Positions 27,000 to 35,070 of a stretch of 35,905 nucleotides of DNA are shown in pieces. Made by a program: the position numbers and the translations under genes. Below the pieces are notes generated by a model, which was given only the letters and a program-made list of their open reading frames with translations, did no database searches and was not told where the DNA came from. The stretch's first letter is position 1. Every line of letters begins with the position of its first letter. This stretch comes from Thermoplasmata archaeon (GTDB taxonomy: Archaea; Thermoplasmatota; UBA186; UBA287), in the NCBI GenBank assembly GCA_011620765.1, contig WOYO01000005.1, forward strand, positions 1 to 35,905, given 5' to 3'.

Positions 27000-27662
27000 G
27001 TGAAGTGTTTTTTTGAAAAAAAGCACCCTTTAAACCTCGAAAACATGGAACTCCAGCTCTTTGATAGAATGCCCTCTGGAGATGGAGAGATTGAGAAAAA
27101 GGACTGCGACAGAATATTTGTGCTTTTAGATGGAGAAGTTTTGTTTAAGATCAGAGATAAGGTTTATAAAGCAAGGAGAAACAACCCTTTTTTAACAAAG
27201 CCCTCTGCTTTATACCTGCCATGCAATAAGAGCGCCAGGATCGAAAAGAAAAGCGAAAGTATGCTTATGATCTCTGCGACCGTAAAAAGTAGATCTAATG
27301 GGGTCGCTAGAATAATAAAGCAAAAAGATGTAAAAACAACCTATATTGGAAACAGCGGTATGAGGAGCAAGGAGAGAAAGATATTTGAAAAAGGTACTAT
27401 CGCATGTGGTGAAATCATATGCGCCCCAGGTAAATGGGTTATAAATGAGTGTAGTGGAAACAGAGCACTGTTTTTCTTGTTGAGATCAGAAAAAAGTTTC
27501 GGTTTTATACGCACATGGAGTAACAAGCATGATGAGACAAACCTTATAGAGGATAGATGCGTTGTCTCCTGCAGTGAAGGAAAAGAGGCCATGGTTGTAG
27601 AGCCGGGTGCAGCAATGTATGCGTTGTGGTTTTTGAGTGGAGGAGAAAGAGATGAAAGATGA
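27000..27662 (+). CDS. IolB (5-deoxy-glucuronate isomerase)-like cupin, degenerate active site
   Basis: RRNNPF..PSALYLP, IACGEI..PGKW, GFIRTW, VEPG..MYALWFLSG resemble the IolB layout; the SSYPPHKHD and YHP motifs are absent. Confidence 0.55.
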   Translation: MKCFFEKKHPLNLENMELQLFDRMPSGDGEIEKKDCDRIFVLLDGEVLFKIRDKVYKARRNNPFLTKPSALYLPCNKSARIEKKSESMLMISATVKSRSNGVARIIKQKDVKTTYIGNSGMRSKERKIFEKGTIACGEIICAPGKWVINECSGNRALFFLLRSEKSFGFIRTWSNKHDETNLIEDRCVVSCSEGKEAMVVEPGAAMYALWFLSGGERDER

Positions 27663-29061
27663 TAGAAGGATCTATGAACATCCTGTGCTAAAGTTTGAAA
27701 GAGGGAAAAGGTTATCATTCTATCTAGATGGCAAACCTATGGAGGGTTATGAGAATGAAACGATCGCAGCAGCCTTGCACGCAAATGGCATAAAAACCCT
27801 GGGCTTTAGCCCGAAGCTAAAGAGACCCAGAGGTTTTTTTTGCGGAATAGGCAAATGCAGCTCATGTCTTATGCGAGTGGATGGTTACCCTAACGAAAGA
27901 ACGTGTATCCTTCCTTTGAAAGAGGGAATGAAAGTTGAGGTGCAGGAGGGGAGAGGCAGAGCGGAAATAAGAGGGAGAGAGAGAAAAGGAAAGGTTGAGA
28001 GAAGAAGCACAGACTTCTTGATAGTTGGCAGTGGTCCAGCAGGCTTGAGCGCTGCAGCTGAGGCAACAAATATGGGCTTTAAAACCCTGCTTGTTGATGA
28101 GAACCCCTCTGTAGGCGGGCAGCTCATAAAGCAGACACACAGATTTTTCGGCTCGGAAAGAGAATATGCGGGCACCAGAGGTATAGATATACCTGCAAGA
28201 CTTCTGGGCGAATGTGCCGAAAAACTTCTTGAAATAGAGAAGCAGGCCAGTGTCTTTGGCTTTTATCCTGAGGGTATTGCTATAGAGAAAAGGGATAGAA
28301 TAGAACTGGTTGAGGCAAAGAAGGTTATAGTAACAACAGGGGCTCAGGAGAACTATCTGCTCTTTGAAAACAATGATTTGCCTGGCGTGTATGGTGCCGG
28401 CGGCGTTCAAACTCTCATGAACGTTTATGGTGTTTTGCCGGGTAAAAAAGCGCTGATGATAGGTTCTGGTAATGTGGGCTTGATTGTGGCCTACCAGCTC
28501 TTGCAGGCAGGAGTTGAGGTTGAAGCTCTGGTTGAGATCATGGATCACATCGGTGGTTATCAGGTGCACGCAGCCAAGCTATTGAGACAGGGCGTCCCTA
28601 TCCTGTTGAATCATACAATAATCAGAGCGCTTGGAGATGAGTGTGTTGAGGGCGCAGTGATAAAGGATATAAAAAGTGGCGAGGAGCAAACGTTAGCGTT
28701 AGATCTCATATGCGTTGCTGTCGGGCTTAGCCCGTCTATACAGCTGTTAAAGCAGGCAGGCTGCAGGAGCGCCTACATACCTGAGCTTGGAGGAGAGGTC
28801 GTGCTGCACGATGAGAACTATAAGACAGATGCAGGGATATTCGTTTCTGGTGATGGATCCGCAATAGAGGAAGCTAGCAGCGCAATGATAGAGGGCAGGA
28901 TAGCCGCAATATCTGCTGCACTTGAGCTTGGAGAGATCGAAGGAGCCGTTGAAAAAAGGAGAGAGCTCAGAGAAGAGCTCAGAAGCCTGAGATCATGCAG
29001 AAGGGGAGAGAAAATATTAAAGGGCGAAGAAAAGTTGCTGGAGGTTTATAATGAGCGCTAA
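27652..29061 (+). CDS. FAD/NAD(P)-dependent oxidoreductase with an N-terminal 2Fe-2S-like domain (sarcosine oxidase alpha / dye-linked proline dehydrogenase alpha-like)
   Basis: ETIAAAL, RPRGFFCGIGKCSSCLM..C, GSGPAG, GGQLIKQTHRFFG, NNDLPGVYGAG, GSGNVG, GD..IEEASSAM. Confidence 0.85.
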   Translation: MKDDRRIYEHPVLKFERGKRLSFYLDGKPMEGYENETIAAALHANGIKTLGFSPKLKRPRGFFCGIGKCSSCLMRVDGYPNERTCILPLKEGMKVEVQEGRGRAEIRGRERKGKVERRSTDFLIVGSGPAGLSAAAEATNMGFKTLLVDENPSVGGQLIKQTHRFFGSEREYAGTRGIDIPARLLGECAEKLLEIEKQASVFGFYPEGIAIEKRDRIELVEAKKVIVTTGAQENYLLFENNDLPGVYGAGGVQTLMNVYGVLPGKKALMIGSGNVGLIVAYQLLQAGVEVEALVEIMDHIGGYQVHAAKLLRQGVPILLNHTIIRALGDECVEGAVIKDIKSGEEQTLALDLICVAVGLSPSIQLLKQAGCRSAYIPELGGEVVLHDENYKTDAGIFVSGDGSAIEEASSAMIEGRIAAISAALELGEIEGAVEKRRELREELRSLRSCRRGEKILKGEEKLLEVYNER

Positions 29062-29455
29062 AGTGGTTATAGAGTGCTATGAAAACATCCCCTGCAATCC
29101 ATGCGTTACTTCCTGTCCCTTCGGTGCAATAAGCAAGCAAACGATAACTTCTATACCCACGGTTGATGAATCTAAATGCACCGGTTGTACCATATGCGTC
29201 TCCAGGTGCCCCGGGCTGGCAATGTTCGTTATAGAAGAGCTTGGGGATAAAGCGCACATAACCTTACCATACGAATTTCTTCCCCTGCCGGAGAGAGGTG
29301 AAAAGGTAAAAGCACTGAATAGAGAAGGAAAGGTTGTCGGGGAGGCAAAGGTTGTAAGGGTTCTGACAAAGGGCAGGGGCAGAACAGTCGCTGTGACCAT
29401 AGAAGTCCCTGTTGAGCTAGCGGGGGAAGTGAGGAACTTCCGGAGGTATGAATGA
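29051..29455 (+). CDS. 2x[4Fe-4S] ferredoxin-domain partner subunit of the oxidoreductase
   Basis: ECYENIPCNPCVTSCP, CTGCTICVSRCPGLA, LPYEFLPLP domain. Confidence 0.85.
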   Translation: MSAKVVIECYENIPCNPCVTSCPFGAISKQTITSIPTVDESKCTGCTICVSRCPGLAMFVIEELGDKAHITLPYEFLPLPERGEKVKALNREGKVVGEAKVVRVLTKGRGRTVAVTIEVPVELAGEVRNFRRYE

Positions 29456-29874
29456 GATCCTTGATTCTTGGAGCTCTGGCGCTGCTCATCTTCTTTTCAG
29501 GGTGCGTTGAGCAGCAGATATCCATCAAGGATCTGAGAGCTGATATTCCTGAGCTTGTGATCGACAGCGCTGGCGGGGCTGTGAAGATCTATGTCATGGG
29601 CGTTGAGAAGTATAGGTACCCAAGGATAGAGCTCTATGTAAATGGTGAAAAGGTGGCGGAGGAAGACCAAAGTTTGGTGCTGAATTATGTTACTAAAGAA
29701 GAGGCGTTCGATCTCAGGGCTATAGCTGTTACAGAGAGAGACACTTATTCACACTCTTGCAGGATCTCAGTTGAAGACGGAGGTATAAGGATATACGAAA
29801 GCTCTGATAAAAGCGAAAGGTTAATCAGCTGGAAGGAGATGCCCTATGAGATAGTTATGGGGGCTGAAAGATGA
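29452..29874 (+). CDS. Hypothetical lipoprotein
   Basis: Lipobox FFSGC after a hydrophobic signal; GGAGGT SD; ATGA overlap. Confidence 0.7.
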   Translation: MRSLILGALALLIFFSGCVEQQISIKDLRADIPELVIDSAGGAVKIYVMGVEKYRYPRIELYVNGEKVAEEDQSLVLNYVTKEEAFDLRAIAVTERDTYSHSCRISVEDGGIRIYESSDKSERLISWKEMPYEIVMGAER

Positions 29875-30200
29875 AGGAGAGAACATTCTTATTAACAATT
29901 GTCTTTATAATCTGTGTTGGAGCTGTCTTCTTAGCGCTGGGTATCCTTGGAATAATACCCGTTGGCTCAATACTTATACAGCTAACCTACATATTGAGCC
30001 TTTCCATAATAATACTCTTCGCCCTCATTGGAGCATATTTTGTGGGCATGATTACAACGCACCACATAATAAGGGATAGAAGCTTTACACCATTTGAGAG
30101 ATCAATGCTTGAGATGAGGGAGGATGTAAAGAAACTTGTGGAAGTGATCGATGAACTCAAAGAGCGTATAAATGAGCTTGAAAAGGGAAAGAAGGAATAA
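29871..30200 (+). CDS. Hypothetical two-TM membrane protein with a C-terminal coiled coil
   Basis: Two hydrophobic helices, then TPFERSMLEMREDVKKL..LKERINELEK; ATGA overlap. Confidence 0.72.
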   Translation: MKERTFLLTIVFIICVGAVFLALGILGIIPVGSILIQLTYILSLSIIILFALIGAYFVGMITTHHIIRDRSFTPFERSMLEMREDVKKLVEVIDELKERINELEKGKKE

Positions 30201-30220
30201 ACGCGCATGCAGCAGGTGCG

Positions 30221-30850
30221 CTATGCTACTGTAATGTGTGATGTGGTGTGCAGGTAGTATCTGCAACCCTTCCTGAAGGGACAGTCTCTGCACCTGGGTG
30301 CTACTGGTTTGCATATATCTCTTCCAAAGGCTATGAATAGATCGTTCACGTAGCCCCAGAGCTCTTCTGGCAGCAGCCTTTTTAGAGCCTCCTCTGTTTC
30401 TTCAGGTTTTTTTGTGCTAACAAGCCCCAGACGGTTTGATACCCTGTGGACATGCGTGTCTACAGGCAGAGCATCGATACCATAACCATAGAGCAGGACG
30501 CAATTGGCTGTTTTTCTGCCAACGCCAGGGAGCTTCAAAAGCTCTTCAATCGTGTCTGGTACGCCTCCAAGGCTCTTTATTCTGAGAGCAACCCCCTTTA
30601 CACTCTTCGCTTTTTCTCTATAAAACCCCACACCTCGAATGAGCTCTTCTATCTCTTTAATGTCTGCATCTGCAAGCTCTTCAGCGTTACTGTAGCGCTT
30701 GAATAACCTTTCTGCAGCCTTCTCTGTTTGCTCATCTCTTGTCCTCTGCGAAAGGATGGTAAAGATAAGCGTGTAGAAAGGTTCCTCTTTGCGCTCTCTC
30801 CTCCTGTATCTCTTTTGAAGTTCTCTTACTACTTCATCAGCCTTCAACAT
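30221..30850 (-). CDS. nth: Endonuclease III (HhH-GPD DNA glycosylase/AP lyase)
   Basis: ILSQRT, GFYREKA, LPGVGRKTA, VDTHVHRVSNRLG, CKPVAPRCRDCPFRKGC. Confidence 0.94.
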   Translation of the reverse strand: MLKADEVVRELQKRYRRRERKEEPFYTLIFTILSQRTRDEQTEKAAERLFKRYSNAEELADADIKEIEELIRGVGFYREKAKSVKGVALRIKSLGGVPDTIEELLKLPGVGRKTANCVLLYGYGIDALPVDTHVHRVSNRLGLVSTKKPEETEEALKRLLPEELWGYVNDLFIAFGRDICKPVAPRCRDCPFRKGCRYYLHTTSHITVA

Positions 30851-31235
30851 CCAGTGCCTTCAAGCCCGCCTTTATTGCCCTAGCTCTCCTGAGCCTCTTA
30901 TCTGTTTTTATGAAAGCGATCTCTACAAATATGTGCACCTTTGCATTAAAGAAGTGTCCTGCCGCTACTTTTTCGCCGTTGCTCAGAGAGCAGTGTATGT
31001 GGGCTATGCCCTCGTCTGAAACATTGCCCTGCATAGAGATGAGTTCCATGGGCTCCTTTATCAAGAACTTTTCGTATCTCTCCTCATCCCACTTATACAC
31101 GCCGAGTTCCGCGCCCTCAACAGCCCCCACGCCTCCAAGGATCCACGAGTTATAAAGCTCCCTTTCTTCTATTGTTCTCTTTATTTCGTCAGCAAGATCT
31201 TTTCCCCTGTCTATTCTGACTATTTCAACGTTCAT
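30837..31235 (-). CDS. DUF296/PPC-domain protein (AF0104-like)
   Basis: GVGAV, ELISMQGNVS, HIHCSL, AAGH, FVEI. Confidence 0.85.
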   Translation of the reverse strand: MNVEIVRIDRGKDLADEIKRTIEERELYNSWILGGVGAVEGAELGVYKWDEERYEKFLIKEPMELISMQGNVSDEGIAHIHCSLSNGEKVAAGHFFNAKVHIFVEIAFIKTDKRLRRARAIKAGLKALDVEG

Positions 31236-31367
31236 TTATATGTCTCTCTCCAGCTCCTCTATCTTTTTTTTGAGCTCTACGATCTTAACATCATCATTTG
31301 CTTCAGACTCTATTATTCTTCTGAGCTCCTCTATTCTCTTCTTCATTTCTTTGGGATCTTTTATCAT
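31236..31367 (-). CDS. Unannotated 43-aa coiled-coil microprotein (MIKDPKEMKKRIEELRRIIESEANDDVKIVELKKKIEELERDI)
   Basis: Fills the ald-DUF296 gap; its TAA abuts the next ATG (TAAATG); clear heptad pattern; codons like those of neighbouring genes. Confidence 0.7.
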   Translation of the reverse strand: MIKDPKEMKKRIEELRRIIESEANDDVKIVELKKKIEELERDI

Positions 31368-31375
31368 TTTATACC

Positions 31376-32485
31376 CTATAACTTCACTTCCGAGTACTCC
31401 ATGCCATGGCTCTCGGCAACAGCTTTGTTTACGATCTTTCCATCAACTATGTTCAGCCCTTCCTTTAAGGCCCCGTCTCTTCTGGCAGCCTCTTTCCATC
31501 CCAGATCTGCTATCTCTACTACGTAGCTTAATGTAGAGTTCGTCAGAGCTATTGTTGATGTTCTCGGGTATGCTCCAGGAATGTTTGCAACGCAGTAATG
31601 GACTACGTTCTCTTCAACGTATACAGGATTTTTGTGTGTTGTTGGCCTTGAAGTCTCTGTGCAACCGCCCTGATCTATCGCTACATCAACTATAACAGAA
31701 CCAGCCTCCATTTCTTTGAGCATATCCCTCTTTAAGAGCTTCGGTGCAGCTTTTCCGGGAATGAGAACAGCACCAATGACAACATCCGCGTCTTTTATCT
31801 CTTTTCTTAAATTGTACTCATTGGAGTAGGCAACGTTTACATTTTTTGGCATAATTTCATTCAGCTTCCTTATCCTGTCTATGTTTATCTCCAATATCGT
31901 CACCCTGGCGTTCAGCCCGCTTGCTATGAGCGCAGCATTTGCTCCCACAAATCCACCACCGAGGACCACCACCTTTGGAGGCACTATGCCGCTCGCTCCT
32001 GTGATAAGAACTCCCTTACCTCCCTCAAATTTCGCAAGAAATCTTGCTCCCATGATGGGGGCCACTCTTCCGGCGATCTCACTCATCGGTGCTAACAGCG
32101 GCAGAGAGCAGTCCTCTCTCTGGACAGTCTCATACGCTATGCATGTGGCGCCAGAGCGCACCATAGCTTCAGTCAAGCTTTTATCAGCAGCGAAGTGAAA
32201 ATAGGTGAACACCGTGTGCTTTCCTTTTATCCTATTGTACTCGCTCTCTAAAGGCTCTTTTACCTTAACTATCATCTCTGCCTTCTCAAAAAGTTCATCA
32301 GCACTGTTGATGATTTTTGCGCCGCTCTCTATATACTCTTCATCTGTGAAACCGCTACCAATGCCTGCGTTATGCTCAACAAGCACTTCATGCCCCCTGT
32401 TTGTTAGCTCAAGAGCTCCAGCGGGGGTCATTGCAACCCTGTATTCCTCCTCCTTTATCTCCTTAGGTACACCTATTATTGTCAT
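31376..32485 (-). CDS. ald: NAD-dependent alanine dehydrogenase (bacterial AlaDh/PNT type)
   Basis: IGVPKEIK, EYRVAMTP, VKVKEP, FTYFH, LLAPMSEIAGR, GGGFVG, DVAIDQGGC, HYCVANIPG; GAGGGTG SD. Confidence 0.94.
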   Translation of the reverse strand: MTIIGVPKEIKEEEYRVAMTPAGALELTNRGHEVLVEHNAGIGSGFTDEEYIESGAKIINSADELFEKAEMIVKVKEPLESEYNRIKGKHTVFTYFHFAADKSLTEAMVRSGATCIAYETVQREDCSLPLLAPMSEIAGRVAPIMGARFLAKFEGGKGVLITGASGIVPPKVVVLGGGFVGANAALIASGLNARVTILEINIDRIRKLNEIMPKNVNVAYSNEYNLRKEIKDADVVIGAVLIPGKAAPKLLKRDMLKEMEAGSVIVDVAIDQGGCTETSRPTTHKNPVYVEENVVHYCVANIPGAYPRTSTIALTNSTLSYVVEIADLGWKEAARRDGALKEGLNIVDGKIVNKAVAESHGMEYSEVKL

Positions 32486-32540
32486 ATTTAGCACCCTCAG
32501 AGATTAGTGTTTTGCTGATATTTATCTCTATCTTTCTTTT

Positions 32541-33467
32541 TCAGTCTTCGCAGGCAAGCTCATCATAGTGTATTAGCCCTATCAGCTTATTTACGATCTC
32601 CACACTTTCATCCTTTGAAAAGCCATCTACGCTTGGTGCCTTTGTCTTTAACCTTCCATCCACCAGGCCCGAGGCCGCGGTAAAAAGTCTCTCTTCTGTG
32701 TCGCTATTGCAGAGCAGAGGCCTGTTGTTCAGTTTTCCAAGAGTAGCAAGAAGTCCATAAGCCCCCCAGTTTGAAGTGCTGCCGACGATAAGTTGATCTG
32801 TTTTTACTTTTGAGGCAATAATTTCACCATTTTTCACCACCCTCTTTACAGCGTCCATTATCCAGCCCATTCCCGCTTCATTACCCCCATCCCCTATACC
32901 TATAGTTCTTATTTCTTCTTCTTTTGCGAGGTCAATGATATAGTCCAGGGGCACCACATATGGCGTTATGTCTATGCCCTTCATATCTCTGTATCTATTG
33001 TCATACCCTCTACCAGGGAGCTCTATTGTTATGATAATGCTTGGTTTGTAATCTTTCAGCAGTCTGCTAAGCTCTTTCTTGACTTCTTTTCTTCTTTTAA
33101 TAACAGCTATCTTTGTGTTAACCCCAAGTGCATTGAGAAGATCTGATATGGGTTTCGAATACGTTTGATCAGTTATCACGCAACAATCTTTGCCCAGAAT
33201 GGAAAGACCATAAACCAGTCTTGCAGTGCCCAGAGGCCCATCGGTCTCTCCAACAACGCTCCCATCATCAAGAACAACAGGGAAACCTGTGACTATGAAA
33301 GCAGAGCCTTTTGCCTCTAAAATCTCTTTTGCAGCACTGAGGCACATAGGGGATACAGAGATCTCTCTGACCGCGGCATAAAGATCCTTTATGCCTCTGT
33401 TGTTCTCCTTTGAGGTTATTAAAGCATCTATCTCATCGAACACAGCCTCCTCGGCTCTAGATGACAT
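32541..33467 (-). CDS. D-glutamate cyclase-like protein (DUF4392 family)
   Basis: VTGF, ETDGPLG, IELPGR..YRDMKG, IGIGDGGNEAGMG, SNWGAYG, VDG. Confidence 0.8.
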   Translation of the reverse strand: MSSRAEEAVFDEIDALITSKENNRGIKDLYAAVREISVSPMCLSAAKEILEAKGSAFIVTGFPVVLDDGSVVGETDGPLGTARLVYGLSILGKDCCVITDQTYSKPISDLLNALGVNTKIAVIKRRKEVKKELSRLLKDYKPSIIITIELPGRGYDNRYRDMKGIDITPYVVPLDYIIDLAKEEEIRTIGIGDGGNEAGMGWIMDAVKRVVKNGEIIASKVKTDQLIVGSTSNWGAYGLLATLGKLNNRPLLCNSDTEERLFTAASGLVDGRLKTKAPSVDGFSKDESVEIVNKLIGLIHYDELACED

Positions 33468-33858
33468 CTACCCCCTATTTCCATACCAAGATATATCCTT
33501 TCTGCTTTTTTCCTCTCTCAGATGCGCGATCTGTGGGTGCATGAAAAAATGTGCAGAGAAAGCGTAAGGGTAAGCAATAACACATATGGCCGATACAAAC
33601 CTGTGATGCGTATTGAGATACGTGATGCGCCAATTATGGAAGATTTCATAATTCGCTCCTTTTCTACGAGAGATCAAAACTGAAATATTATGGCCAGCAC
33701 CAATCAGCTATCCGTGCTTTTCCAAGATTGAGTAAGGGCATAAACAAAAGCACGATCTTTTCCATATTCTTACATTATTTTGTGCCGCTTCTTCCAAGAA
33801 AACAGTTTATCAAAATGACCTGGGTTAATTATTTATATAGAAAACGGAATAATCCTTG

Positions 33859-35070
33859 ATGAAGCATCCCTGGAATTATCTGATCAACGCAGGTCTTGTC
33901 CCTGAGGAGCTGGAATCTTTCTTCGATGATCTTGAGCAGGAGGAAGTGAGAGAAGCATTGAGAGATCTAAACGTCGAACCATGGCTCAAGGATCTAATCC
34001 ATGCCCTGCTCCTGGAGCTTGGCGGAGATGCTGAAGCTGCTCTGAGAATTATAGAGAGAATCGATGAAGAAAACTTTTATGTTCTCTACAACAGACAGAG
34101 ACTCTATGTTATCCTTGGAGACTTTGAAAAAGCGGAGGAGTGTGATAAAGCCCTTAAGAAAACGGATCTTGACAAAAGGCAGAGATGTCTTGTGGAGAAC
34201 GAGCATGGTAAGTCACTGTGGAAGAAAAGCCTTTATGGTGACGCCATAGCGCGCTTTACCGATGTATTAGAAACGGCGCTGGAGCTTGGAGATAAGTTTC
34301 TTGAGAGCACCGGCTATAATAACATTGCTATTGTGTTGCTGGATACAGGAGATTATCAGCAGGCAAGGGAACTGTTCACAAAAGCTCTTGAAGCTGACAG
34401 TGTTCTCAAAAATGAGAGAGGAATAGCCATTAGTGAGCTTAACCTTGGGGAGTGCTGCAGGAGGATGGGAGATTTTGAGAGCGCAAAGGAGTTCTTTGAT
34501 GAGTGCATAAATGCTGTTGAGCCTCTTGATGAATATGAAAAAACAAGGCTAAGCTCTGATTGCTACTGGAATTTAGGTCAAATATATGTGCAGGAGCATG
34601 ACTTTGAAAAAGCACACGAGAACTTTGAAAGAGCGTTAGCTCTTGCAGAGAAAACAGGTGATAAAGAGCTAACCGTCAGAGTCTATCTATCTCTGGGGGC
34701 TCTTGCAGTTGAAGAGAAAAAGCTCTATGATGCTCAAGCGCATATGCAGAGCGCATATGAAATAGCAAAAGCAATAAATTCAAAGAAACATGAGGCTGAG
34801 AGCTATGCCCTTAGAGGGAGGATCTATGAGAAGGAGAGAAAGTATGCAGAGGCGCTGCAGAGCTATGGCCTTGCCATCTTCCTGTTCAGACAGATTAATG
34901 ATAGGTATAACATGGCAAGGATGGAGGAGGCAGCAGGTTCAATATACCTGTTACAGGGTGATAAAGAGAGGGCGAGTGAATACTTCAGAAAAGCAAAGGC
35001 AAAGTATGCCGCGCTCTCTTATAGAGATTTTGTTGCTGTAGATGAAAAGCTGAAGGAGATAGAGAGCTAG
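33859..35070 (+). CDS. Tetratricopeptide repeat protein
   Basis: Repeated TPR-type units (YNNIAIV..GDYQQA..F..AL; LNLGEC..GDFESA; YWNLGQIY..DFEKA..F..AL); TTTATATA 27 nt upstream. Confidence 0.85.
   Translation: MKHPWNYLINAGLVPEELESFFDDLEQEEVREALRDLNVEPWLKDLIHALLLELGGDAEAALRIIERIDEENFYVLYNRQRLYVILGDFEKAEECDKALKKTDLDKRQRCLVENEHGKSLWKKSLYGDAIARFTDVLETALELGDKFLESTGYNNIAIVLLDTGDYQQARELFTKALEADSVLKNERGIAISELNLGECCRRMGDFESAKEFFDECINAVEPLDEYEKTRLSSDCYWNLGQIYVQEHDFEKAHENFERALALAEKTGDKELTVRVYLSLGALAVEEKKLYDAQAHMQSAYEIAKAINSKKHEAESYALRGRIYEKERKYAEALQSYGLAIFLFRQINDRYNMARMEEAAGSIYLLQGDKERASEYFRKAKAKYAALSYRDFVAVDEKLKEIES

Noticed and set aside
27862-28569. 235-aa minus-strand ORF
   Set aside because: Antisense shadow of the oxidoreductase gene.
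30203-30221. Short hairpin GCGCAT-N7-GTGCGC between convergent genes
   Set aside because: Weak stem with no T tract; not enough to call a terminator.
33468-33677. 69-aa minus-strand ORF and competing 43-53 aa ORFs in other frames
   Set aside because: Several frames compete, none has recognisable features, so none can be supported.
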